Part shown: positions 51,331 to 64,000 of the stretch, one piece after another
Layout of the letters: each line of letters opens with the position of its first letter
Numbering within the stretch: position 1 is the stretch's first letter
Source of the DNA: Octopus sinensis
Lineage: Eukaryota
NCBI RefSeq assembly: GCF_006345805.1
Contig: NC_043017.1
Coordinates: 10,168,001-10,232,000 of the forward strand
Direction: 5' to 3'
DNA length: 64,000 nucleotides
Notes under the pieces: model-generated
Database searches by the model: none
What the model saw: the letters and a program-made list of their open reading frames with translations, nothing else
Told to the model about the DNA's origin: nothing
Made by a program: the position numbers and the translations under genes

Positions 51331-53133
51331 GCATAAAAGAAAAGAATATATATCTAATTTATATATATATGTAATATAAACTATATATATATAAACACAC
51401 CTACACACATATATCTATCTCTATTATCTGTATCTCTCTATTTGTCCTTCAGTCTTTCAATCTATCTCTCTGTCTGTCTGTCTGTCAGTTTATAGGCATC
51501 ACTATGAATTTTTGTAAATATTTAAATGTAATTCCTGCTGCACTTTATCTTGGAGAGCATCCAAAAAGAAACATTTTGGTGCATCATTTGTGAAATTTGG
51601 ATGAATATTTTAGGAAATACGACAAACTGAATGGTCGCAGAATTGGTCAAAATCTTACCTAATTAGAGCTAAATGAATAATTAGCCATATTTGTGAAGTC
51701 ATATCTTTAAATCTGAGGTGATAATCATCTTTAAATTATACAAATTAAATGTCCATGGGTTTGCAGTTGTTTATTATTTTTCAGCTTCTTGGAAAGAAAA
51801 CATTTTTTCTGGCAATTTAAAAAATATTTATGTAAAGCTTATTTTGTTGCACGTAAGAAACAATTTTGTGACATGAGAAAAGCTTCATATTTTGTTTTTC
51901 AGACCTAGTTAAATTCCAAAGACTTGAATTTAGGCACATTTGTTGTAGGCATAAGACGAAATAAATCCTGAGATCTTGGGACACGGCACTCTCTCTTTTA
52001 CTCTTTACTCTTTTACTTGTTTCAGTCATTTGACTGCAGCCAAGCTGGAGCACCACCTTTTAGTCGAGCAAATTGACCCCGGGACTTATTCTTTGTAAGC
52101 CCAGTACTTATTCTATCGGTCTCTTTTTTGAGAGGACGTTGGTGTTGCTTTAGCAGAGATTTTCACTCTCTGGGTGCCCTTGTTCTTTTTTGTTTTGAGT
52201 TCAAATGATGTTGAGGTCAGTTTAGCTTTTTGTCCTACCTTATTCTGTTTCAATGAATTTTGAAATTTGAAAAATATCTGTAATTAGGAGGCTGTTTGTT
52301 TTTGAAAATAAATTAACATGACATTTTGATAGAAAGTTTTAGCTTAGATCACTTTAACCCTTTTGTTACCATATTTCTGTTGTTCCAATTCATTTCGAAA
52401 ATAATGAAGAATTTAGTAAAATAATTGTTGTTATTGAAATGGTGTACAAAATGCTTGGCAACATTTCGTCCGGCGTTGCATATCTGAGTTCAAATTCTGG
52501 TATCAGAAGGGTTACAAAGTAAATGAACAACTGATTTATGGTTTGAACTGTTCCACTGCCACAGATAAAGTGTTTCAAGTCCTTGTTTCACTTTGGTGTC
52601 CTCGTCTTTGAAATCTCAAAGGATGACATTTCAACTTGTTCCTAGTTAATGTTGAGCCCTTTTTACCAAATTGCTGTTGGTCATCTTTTTACATCTTGCA
52701 TTGGTGGAAATCTGACTGAGTTTTACCTTCCACAAAATGCACCTGGGTATATTCTTTTGAAGCATCAACAGGAATGGTGGGTATTTGGGAACCTCCTCTG
52801 GATTTTGATCTTCTTCTTAGTCAGTGGTGTGGCCAGTCTGTGTGCCACTCAGGGAAGGACCTTGTGTTTACCTTGCCTTTCCTGGGACTCCAAGACTAGA
52901 CAAGTTTATTCAGAAGACCTACAAGTGCCGCCTCCATAAAAGCATCGGCCAAGGTGAAATGCCCCTTTGCCCCACCCCACAAAGTTATGTTACTACTACT
53001 ACTACTACTACAACAACCAATATGACTGCTGCAGCTGCTGCTACTACTACTACTGCTACTACTGCTGCTGCTACTGCTGCTGCTACTACTACTACTGCTG
53101 CTGCTACCAATACCACTACTACTACTACTACTA

Positions 53134-53184
<51 letters not shown>

Positions 53185-53587
53185 GCTACAAATACCACTA
53201 CTACTGCTGCTACAATAACAACAACAACACTCCCACTACTAGCCTCACCACGACTACCATAAATAAATTAGCAAAAAAAAAACAAAACATAGCCACGTAA
53301 TACAAAATTAAGAACCAAGGAAAGCAACAAATTAAATTTTGACAATTTTTTTTGAAATTTTATTTAATTTAATTTAAATTGTATTTCTTATTTTTTTATG
53401 TAACATTTCTTTTTTCCTTTTTGTTTTTTTCATTTTTTTTTCAACAAAGCTTTTACAGATCAGTTAGAGAGCATTTAATGACAAATTGATAGACATATAC
53501 ACACTTAGTGGATGTATACACATGTGACAGACATGTGTATACATATACGCATACATTATATAGTGTATTTATATAGGTATATATATA

Positions 53588-53654
<67 letters not shown>

Positions 53655-53898
53655 GAATATATATATTATATATGTATATATATACACCATATGAATACGC
53701 TCTCTGTACCTCATTTTCTCTCTGTACATCCTCTCTCTCTCTCTCTCTCATCTCTGTCTCTCTCTCTTCTCAGACACCATCATGCACAACACACACATAT
53801 ATATACTTGAGTGCTCATATATGTATATACACATAATATACACCTAAATTCACACTAACATTTATATGCATGTACATATGTATTTACATACAAATATA

Positions 53899-53972
<74 letters not shown>

Positions 53973-54215
53973 AAGTATATATGTATGTACATGAGTCAGT
54001 GAACAAATGACAGAAAGTAGCACTCAATACATGTAGCTGGAGTTATATGCATTAAAATAAGATCCACATTAATTTAAGTTTCGTGTGTATACAACACACC
54101 TGCATCATCAGACGTTTGAACAAATCTGATCTGATGAAGTGAACATGTCCAAAAACTTCAAGAAATGTATGCATACATATATACATACATACCATACATA
54201 CAAACATACATATAC

Positions 54216-54249
<34 letters not shown>

Positions 54250-54554
54250 GCATACACATATGCATCTATGAATGGCCATATAAATAATACATATATTTGC
54301 ATACAAATTATCAGATATACATATAATTAAACCTTGGTACTTGGATTGTACAGAAGCATATACATATATATATATATACACACACAAATGCACATACATT
54401 AACATGTATACACATACATATATACACATGTATATGTATGTATGTGTATCATAAGTATATATGTGATGATATATATATATATATATATATTTATATATTT
54501 ACATACACATGCACACACACACACACACCATACAACATATTATATATAATATTA

Positions 54555-54602
<48 letters not shown>

Positions 54603-55063
54603 ATATATATTTATATCTATTATATTACATATCATACATCATATAATATGTGTATATATATATATATGTATCACAAACCACACACACATATATATATATA
54701 TTATTCATATATATTTACAGATACCTTAAATATGCATTCATTTAATTATATATCAAACCAAGTTTACAAAGGAAAATTATTTTCATTAACATTAATGCAG
54801 GAGCTTAGACTTCCCAGATCTCAGGATGCTCACACACATGTTTAGGTGCACACACACACACACATACACACACACACTAAACATACTTATATATCTTTAT
54901 ACACACATACGTAAAGATACATACATGTACGAATATACATATATATATTTATATATATACATATGTATATATATGTTTATGCATACATACATACTTACAT
55001 AAGGAAGTATGTAGAGTTTTATATATACATATATGTGTGTGTGTCTATATGCATATATAGATA

Positions 55064-55111
<48 letters not shown>

Positions 55112-56525
55112 CTCCACACTGACCTCCTCGTTATGTATATTCGTTATTCATTTCACATGATTTTTAATCTAGAGTTTAATCCATTTATGAAAATATACAA
55201 TCATAATCATCATCATCATCATCATCATCATCGCGACCACCGTCATCATTCATCGTCATCGCGACCACCACCATCATCATCAACATCAACTTCATTGCTC
55301 TCATGTTTATAGCACCACTATCATTGCAGTCGTCTTCATCATCGTCATCATCATCATCATCATCATTATCATCATTATTTCCACCACCACCACCACCACC
55401 ACCACCGCGGCGGCCGCCGCCACCACCACCACGTAGTTGTTATAGTCATTCCTTTCGCAGACATATACACTCAACTGCTGTCTTGTACGCACACGCACAC
55501 TTCCCAATAAATAGGGAAGAATTAAGTGAGTCCCCCACCTGAAAAGGGTCGTGGGTTCAATCCCAAGGTGTAATGGCTTGGGCAGATGTCTTCCATTATG
55601 GCCCCGGGCCGACCCAAAAACATTGTCAATGGATTTCATTGATAGAAACTGAAAGAAGCATGTTGTGTGTGTGTGTGTGTGTGATTACACATTGGTTGTG
55701 GTATGTTGATGATGGTGATGATGATGATGATGACGATGATGATAGGGATGACAGTGATAGTCATGATGATGGTTATGGTAATGATGACGACGATGACAAC
55801 GGTGATGATGATGAGGATGGTGATGGTGATGATGGCGATATATCAGACTGTCAGATTTCAAATTTTACACAGAAGTGTGCACATTGAAATATACACCCAT
55901 GGGCATTAATTACAACCAATTACACTTAAAACGAGGAGCCACACAATCATATATATGCCTATATATATACATTTATATATATATATTATATATATATATA
56001 TATATATGTATGTATGCGGTATATATAATAACGATATATATAAGATTATATGGGCTGCGCGATATGTATATACTATATATATATTATATATATATGTGTA
56101 ATATGTAAGTAATATATATATATCTTATAAATAATATGTGGTGTGTGCGCATATCATATGTGCATTATATGTGTGCTGGGGGGTGTCACAAAATGTGCTG
56201 AGTCAATTAGGCAGCATTGTATTGAGTGCTTGACATCCTAGATATAGCAGTCAGAACATCCTCAAATCACAAGCTGGAATCTTTACAAGATAAGTGACCA
56301 ATACCTGCTGAAACTATTAAAAGAAATAAAAAGATGGGATGGTCACAGATGGAGTTGAACCCCATTTCTGAGTTAAACAACTCTGTGCATGAATGTGTGT
56401 GCGTGCTTGTGTGTGTGTGTGTAATATGTATCTGATATATATATATGTATATATGCACACACACAGAGACACACACACACAGACATCATAATAAATGTCC
56501 ATCTTCCATGCCTGCATTAGTTTTA

Positions 56526-56561
<36 letters not shown>

Positions 56562-56587
56562 ACACACACACACATATACATACATAT

Positions 56588-56620
<33 letters not shown>

Positions 56621-56788
56621 CATATAGATACATATATATCTATGAAAATGTATCTCTCTCTCTCTCTTTATATATATATATATACACACACAACACACAT
56701 ACACACACAAGATTCAGACACCAATGGCCAAAGACTAGCCACATGCTTGAAACTCAAAGTACCAAGGGGTCTGCATCAAACTGTTTTG

Positions 56789-56834
<46 letters not shown>

Positions 56835-57715
56835 TATAGATATGCATACATCTGTATATATATATTACATGCATGTGTGTGTGTATAATATTCATACACA
56901 CACTCTTTGCACACAGTGTATTGGTGTACGTACACATAAGAATAGGGCCAGATATTAACTTAGCACAGATACACACACACACCACACACACACACACACA
57001 CAAATACACCGAAGACGTACAAAAGTCAGTCTTAACCACCCCCCCTCACCACCCCTGCTTCATTTCATTGACTCGATTTGCTGTATAAAATCTATAATTA
57101 CTCAATTATTTCTTGCCCTTGCATTTAACCTGCACACACACACACACACACACACATACAACACAGAGACACAGGGACACTTACACCCACCATTGCACAA
57201 ATCACAAACTATGACTCTATTTTTATTATCAAATTTGCACTCTGTCCCATTGGGAAGCATGCATAAACATAACCAAACCCACACACATACACACATGCAC
57301 ACAAGTGCACACACGTGCACACACATGCACACATGTGCACATACTTACAAACTTACATAGTTAAGAGGTGTGCATTCTCATATAAGCAGCATCACACAGA
57401 AATTACTTCACATACACATTTATATAATGCATTTTATATACACACACATATATGTATGAATTTAGTTCCATTCACTTCACATGCTCTATGTGTAGGCTAC
57501 TATCATAAACTTGTAGGTGTTTTACACTCACTGAGGTGTGTTACGTATAGAACACAGTACACACACACACACACATGCAAACACACATCACACACACATG
57601 CACATACAGATGTGTTACATAACAGCTCAGGAAATGCTCTACAATACCAACTTGCATCCATAAAACACAAAACATACACACAAGGCTACATATACATACA
57701 TATATATATAATTCT

Positions 57716-57748
<33 letters not shown>

Positions 57749-57853
57749 GATATTATAATATATGTATATATATATATACATATAATATATGTGTGTGCAT
57801 ATCTATCTATCTCTCTCTCGATTATATATGCATATATATGTGTGTATTATATG

Positions 57854-57907
<54 letters not shown>

Positions 57908-57954
57908 ATATATATATTATATATATATACATATATATTATATATACATACATG

Positions 57955-58260
57955 TGGAGGCGCCTTGGCCCGGGGTTAGGGCAGCGGACTCGCGGTCGTA
58001 GGGTCGCGGGTTTTTCGACTCCCAGACTGGGCGTTGTGAGTGTTTATTGAGCAAAAACACCTAAAGCTCCACGAGGCTCTGGCAGGGGGTGCTGGCGATC
58101 CCCGCTGTACTCTTACGCCACAACTATCTCTCGCTCTTTCTTCTGTTGGCCTGCTCGCTTAGCCAGCGGGGTGGCGCCATTTGAAGGCTAAAACAATGCG
58201 AAGCGCATTGTGACCAGCGATGTGTAGCAACATCTGATAGCCTGGTCGGTCACGTGACGT
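57955..58260 (+). mobile_element. tRNA-headed SINE family C variant, CpG-rich
   Basis: 5' half shared with 5255-5408; different 3' half. Confidence 0.75.
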
Positions 58261-58962
58261 GATATATACATATATATACACACACACATTTATGTACATA
58301 TATGTATATATAAACATGTTTGTAAGTATCACACGTATATGTCATATATATTTATGTGCATATACACACATACATATATATATATATATACATATATACA
58401 TAGACAGATTCAAATGCACACACACCCACACACACATATATATACATACATTCATACATATATATATATAGATGTAGATATATAGATATTTCATGTACAT
58501 ACAGAGAATTTAACATGTAACATCACAAATAGTTGACACCCAGATCTTTCACTCACTTCGTTATTTTATTTTTTACTATATTTCTTGAAATTTGTTTTAT
58601 TTTTTTTTTTACCATTTTCAATCCCGTCCGCATTTTGGACCCTTATTTTTCCTCCTTCGTCCTTCCCTCCCTCCCTCCCTCCCTTGTCTGACCCCCTTTT
58701 TTTAAAATTTTCAATTTTCATTTATTTATATATATATATATATAATTTTATTTTATTTTAAATTTTTTTATTCCTTCATTTCCACTCTTCTTTCTCTCTC
58801 TCTTTTGCTCACTCTTTCTTTCTCTTTCTCTCTCTCTCTCTCTCTCATTTTTTCATTGAATGTCTTAAGAGTTTGTTTTTATTTTTGTTTGTTTTTTTGT
58901 CTTTCTTTTTTTTTTTCAAGGGGGAGATCACTCCGCATACCTTAAAAACAGACAGTTCAGTG

Positions 58963-59714
58963 TCACTTGAGACTCTGGAAGATGACGATACGATTTCCCT
59001 CCGGATCATTTATATGCCAGTAATCCGTGCAGATCTTGATAATCCCACGGATGGTGTAAACATCCTTCACATGAACATAGAGTGCAGCTTTCTTCATTGA
59101 CTGAGTTTTCAAACCACGGTAGAATGCCAAAACAAACTCCATCTGTGGTGAAAGGGGCATAATCGAAGTACAGATGGCGCTGCCGGGGCTGCCGTGCTCT
59201 ATTGGTTTCACACCAAAGAGCTTACCGTAAAACTGTTCCATGATGCGAAAATTGGCCTCCTCTTGGACAAACACAACAAGCTGTACACCAGCCTGTGGGC
59301 ATCCGGTTTTCACGGCCAGGAGGGGCAGGTTGAGACTTTCATGGATGAAATAATGCAGGCCGTCGTCGAGGACTCGCGCCACGGCCCCCGGCAGCACGAG
59401 GGGTTGCCAGCCGACTTCAGGCAGGCTCTGCAAAGAACGTGCAGCAAGCAGTTGGTTGCTTCCTTGAAACTGAAGCGTGATTCCTAGGACTGGTACAGGG
59501 AGCTGGTTCGGTTTGCTTTGGTCCAGCATCTCTTCAGCAGATGTCGATGATGCCATCGTATGGTTCTTGTCGCCGTCGTCGCTCTCTCGTAGCCGAGCAA
59601 ATGGGAAGCATGAAGAGAACGGCAGAATCGCAGGAACCAATGACTGGAAAAGACGATCGCAGTAGCCGGCTTCAATTTCAACAAAGCAATGAGGTAATGA
59701 GCTGAGCAGTGCCG
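58963..59714 (-). CDS. FAM124: terminal coding exon of a FAM124-family (VOC/glyoxalase-like fold) protein
   Basis: Stop-free GC-rich frame; strong acceptor ttttttgtttttatctttccAG (59716-59715, phase 1); TGA at 58963-58965. Motifs LGITLQF, GWQ, LNLPLLAVK, NFRIMEQFYGKLF, LYVHVKDV and WHINDPEGNRIVI are colinear with recalled FAM124 motifs (MSVLLF, PWQ, QLPIWGVR, NYEDAIRLYEMIL, LQFKVQEI, WQTQDYDGNKILL). Upstream exon not identified. Confidence 0.75.
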
Positions 59715-59857
59715 CTGGAAAGATAAAAACAAAAAAGAAAAAAAAAAATATATATTTAGTAAAGAAAACACGAAACAACAGTATTTAATTAATATTAATA
59801 TATATTAAGAATTAATAATACTTTTTGATATTTAATTAATGGAAAATGATAAGCTGG

Positions 59858-60265
59858 CAGAGGAGTGGCTGTGTGGTAAGTAGCTTGCTAACCAACCACA
59901 TGGTTCTGGGTTCAGTCCCACTGCGTGGCACCTTGGGCAAGTGTCTTCTGCTATAGCCCCGGGCCGACCAATGCCTTGTGAGTGGATTTGGTAGACGGAA
60001 ACTGAAAGAAGCCTGTCATATATATGTATATATATATATATATATGTGTGTGTGTCTGTGTGTGTTTGTGTGTCTGTGTTTGTCCCCCTAGCATTGCTTG
60101 ACAACCGGTGCTGGTGTGTTTACGTCCCCGTCACTTAGCGGTTCGGCAAAAGAGACCGATAGAATAAGTAATGGGCTTACAAAGAATAAGTCCCGGGGTC
60201 GATTTGCTTGACTAAAGGCGGTGCTCCAGCATGGCCGCAGTCAAATGACTGAAACAAGTAAAATA
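59858..60265 (+). mobile_element. SINE family B in the FAM124-like intron
   Basis: Nearly identical to 19507-19900. Confidence 0.9.
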
Positions 60266-60289
60266 AAAAAAATAAAAAAATAAAAAAAT

Positions 60290-61256
60290 TGAGTGAAATA
60301 TTTAGCAGTATTTCGTCCATCTTCAGAATTCAAATTCTGCCGAGGTTGACTTTACCATTAATTCTTTCAGGGTCAGTAAGATAAATCCCAGTTGAGCACT
60401 GGGGTCAATTTAATTGACCAACTGACTCACTCCCCGCCAAAAAAAAAATTGCTGGCCTTGTGACAAAATTTGAAGTCAATATTTAATGAATGAAAGATGG
60501 GGAGCTGGCAGAATTGTTAGCAAGCCGGGCAAAGTACTTAGTGACATTTAATTAATGAGTATTTAATTAATGTATGTGTGTTAATATTTACTGCATTTTC
60601 GAAGGTTGCGAGCTGGCAGTAATGTTAGCACACTGGGCGAAATGCTTAGTGGTACTTCATCTGTCTTTACATTCTGAGTTCAAATTCCGCCATGGTTGAC
60701 TTTGCCTTTCATTCTTTCAGGGTCGATAAATTAAGTACCAGTTGTGTACTGGAGTCGTTCTAATTGACTGGGCCCCACCCCACCAATTTCAGGCCTTGTG
60801 CCTAGAGTAGAAAAGAATATTTACTGCATTTGATGGCACGTCTGTCCCACCACAATTTTGGTTGTGCATAGTCAGGAGAAAAGGGTTTTAGTACATAAAA
60901 ACATGGAACATAGGACCAGCTTCGCAAATAGGGCCCAGAGTAATTTTATGAGGCATTTTGTAACCAAAAAGCTTGTTTGATATGCTTATTTATACACACC
61001 GTACTCGGTGGCATAAAAGACATACGGGGGGCATTAGGTGCAGCCCAATTTCAGCAGGACGTTTTTTATCTTTGGCTTGTTTCAGTCATTAGACTGTGGC
61101 CATGCTGTAGCACCACTGCCCTGAAGAGTTTTTAGTTGAATGAATTGACCCCAGTACTTATCTTTTCAAGCCTGGTACTTATTCCATCAGCCTCTTTTGC
61201 TGAACCCAGAATCATGTATAAGGGAAACAAACATCTTACTACACATGCACACCACA

Positions 61257-61287
<31 letters not shown>

Positions 61288-61670
61288 TGGTCTTCTTTCA
61301 GTTTCTGTCTATATATGTTTCTTTATTACCCACAAGGGGCTATACACAGAGGGGACAAACAAGGACAGACAAACGGATTAAGACGATTACATCGACACCA
61401 GTGTTTAACTGGTACTTAATTTATCGACCCCGAAAGGATGAAAGGCAAAGTCGACCTCAGCGGAATTTGAACTCAGAACGTAACGGTAGACGAAATACAG
61501 CTACGCATTTTGCCCGGCGTGCTAACGGTTCTGCCCTATATAATCCACTCGCAGGGCTTTGGTCAGCCCAAGGCTATAGTAGAAGACGGATGCCCAAGGT
61601 GCCATGTGGTGGTATTGAACCTGGAATCATGTGGTTGGGAAGCAAGCTTCTTATCAAACAGCCAAACCAT
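60290..61670. mobile_element. cluster of family A and B SINEs in both orientations
   Basis: A+ 60290-60480 and 60608-60820; B- 61070-61300; A- 61318-61535; B- head 61550-61670. Confidence 0.8.
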
Positions 61671-62214
61671 GTAAAAACGTTTTTAGCCCAACTTTGCGTA
61701 TGGGACCCAGGGTGAGTCTTTGGAAAGAAAGTAAGTTTTATATGCCATGAAATTTAGTAACAGATAATAGCAGAAGTCATGAAATTCAGCAGCATAATGG
61801 AAGAATCAAATTAGGGAATACATTTACATTCTTAAATGCATGATACGGAAGTAAGGAGTTAATACCATTGACCCCAGAACTTTCTTGGAATCTGCAAGTT
61901 TGAGCCCTGTGAGTCAGAGTGGCTGTTTCAGTGTATCACCTTTGCAACCCTCTGGGGCAACGCCTTTTCCATTTTTTCTGTTGTGGCCATGAGGTGGTCT
62001 GAATTACAGGAAATTGTATGTTCAATTCTTTAACGTAAAGACCCTTTTCCAGACAAGACATGTCCCTTGTTGGAAAGGCCAGATGTAACTTTGATTTTTT
62101 TTACCATTGAAAGAACGAAAGGCAAAGTTGTCCTTAGTGAAGTTTGATCTCAGAATGTAAAGAATGGGAAGTAATGTTGCTTATTCTTTTTTGTTTTGGG
62201 CCAACACTCGAACA

Positions 62215-62400
62215 CCTTACCACCACCACCACCATCACCACTATCACCACCACCACCAGCTCCACCACCACCACCACCACCACCAGCAGCTCCGCCACCA
62301 CCACCACCACCACTGCCACCGCCGCTGCCACAGCCACCGCCACCACCGCCACCACCACCACTGCCAACAACAAAAACAACAACAACAAACTGGAACAAGA
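62215..62400. repeat. (ACC)n/(GCC)n/(AAC)n tract
   Basis: Direct inspection. Confidence 0.9.
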
Positions 62401-62607
62401 ACCACAAAAAAAAACAACTAAAATTTAAAAGACAAAACAACGGAGGAACATTATGACATTATCAAACGCATTACTTTGAGCACTTAATTAAAAAAAAATA
62501 ATTTATACGTCTAAATATCTATGATTATGTGTGGATGTGTATGAGTGTAAAAAATATACATATTTATATGCGTGCATGCACACACACACATATGTGTATA
62601 TGAGAGC

Positions 62608-62658
<51 letters not shown>

Positions 62659-62682
62659 TATATACATACATATATATATATC

Positions 62683-62730
<48 letters not shown>

Positions 62731-63039
62731 ATATATATATGTATGTATATATGTATATATATATATATATATATGCACTCGTATACATATATAGACACAT
62801 TTATATATACATGCATAGATATATATTTAAACACACACATACATCCATGCATTACCACGTATGCACATACATATACACACGCACGCATCTAAATATATAT
62901 TTAATCAAAAACAAATTAATTTTCAAGTATTTCACGGAAATTTGAAAATTCTAAAAATGTTTTCTGCGTATTTTTTTTCCTTTGTATTTGTTTGTTTGTT
63001 TGTTCTTTCTGAAACTGTTTTACAAATGAAATATACATG

Positions 63040-63179
63040 TAGGAAGGATGATGTCGAGGATGAGGACGAGGACGATGATGAGGAAGAGGAGGAGGAGGAT
63101 GAAGACGACGACAACAATAATGATGATGATGATATATGATGATGACGATGATGATGATGATGAGGAGGAGGAGGATGAC

Positions 63180-63230
<51 letters not shown>

Positions 63231-63237
63231 AATGATG

Positions 63238-63268
<31 letters not shown>

Positions 63269-63379
63269 GGGGGAGGATGATGATGAAGACGACAACAACA
63301 ATAATGATGATGATGATATATGATGATGATGATGATGATGATGAGGAGGAGGAGGAGGATGAAGACGACAACAACAATA

Positions 63380-63416
<37 letters not shown>

Positions 63417-63490
63417 CGATGGTGAGGACGATGTTGATGATGACGATGATGATCAAGACAATGAGGATGATGATGATGATGATGATGATA
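63040..63490. repeat. (GAT)n/(GAG)n compound satellite
   Basis: Three copies of gaggaggatgaagacgac(gac)aacaataatgatgatg separated by (gat)n. Confidence 0.9.
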
Positions 63491-63639
63491 CTAATTTCTG
63501 CTATTTGCCAAAGGTGCATCAGATGAGGAGGCCATCACAAGGACAGTTTACAATTTCTGTGAGTGTGTGAGGGGGGTGGGGTGGTAGTTTTACATAAAAG
63601 ATGAGGAGAAAGAAAGAGAAAAGAGAGTGAAATAATGGC

Positions 63640-64000
63640 GTTTTGGGTAAGTGTCTTCTTCTATAGCCTCAAGCCAACCAAAGCCTTGTGAGTGGATTTG
63701 GTAGATGGAAACTGAAAGAAGCCCGTCATATATATATATATAGCTTTAGTTTTTACTTGCTTTGGTCTGTGGCCATGCTGGGGCACCACTTTGAAGAAAA
63801 TTTATCAAATGAATCAATCCCAGTATTTATTTTTTTAAAACCTGGTACTTTCTTTTGCCAAACTGCTTAGTTATGGGACATAAGCACACCAACAGCGGTT
63901 GCCAAGTATTGTATGGGGTGGGACAGACATAGACACACACACACATACACACACACTTACACATACACACACACACATGTATATAAACAATGGGCTTCTT
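63640..64000. mobile_element. family B SINE fragments
   Basis: aagtgtcttct...ggaaactgaaagaagcccgtc on plus, then a minus-strand second arm to the window end. Confidence 0.75.

Noticed and set aside
54060-54150. Hammerhead-like CTGATGA...GTGTGT/ACACAC-GAAAC on the minus strand, and a degenerate one near 31280-31320
   Set aside because: 5-nt insertion after the core with no valid stem III or cleavage triplet in the first; core mutated in the second.
61850-62090. Possible CR1/L2 RT C-terminal remnant or upstream FAM124 exon
   Set aside because: Only a faint EKME..QRVAKVI resemblance with stops; no clean acceptor/donor pair in phase.

Overview
AT-rich, extremely repeat-dense eukaryotic genomic DNA. 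The SINE families, RTE 3'UTRs and (TA)n/(TG)n/(CTAT)n/(GAT)n/(ACC)n microsatellite load look like an octopus (coleoid cephalopod) genome; this is inferred from recalled repeat sequences, not from a search. Only one host coding exon is well supported: a minus-strand terminal exon (58963-59714) encoding a FAM124-like protein. Almost all other ORFs in the track are microsatellite translations. The rest is layered mobile DNA: at least four tRNA-headed SINE families, RTE LINE fragments and 3'UTRs, R4/Dong-type RLE LINE pieces, Penelope-like (PLE) RT and GIY-YIG remnants, three Tc1/mariner lineages (DD34D-like, DD37D, DD41D), a MITE and a Helitron RepHel fragment. The most interesting signal is RNA-structural. 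Four unrelated repeat families carry PLE-type minimal hammerhead ribozyme motifs with palindromic stem III. These include an exact 412-bp tandem pair that could form the dimeric ribozyme and a tRNA-headed SINE whose tail is a decayed hammerhead. Also notable are a hierarchical tandem array built from an RTE 3'UTR, a perfect 34-bp hairpin and a probable 1.8-kb inversion breaking a Dong-type element. Repeat boundaries are approximate unless junction sequences are quoted.
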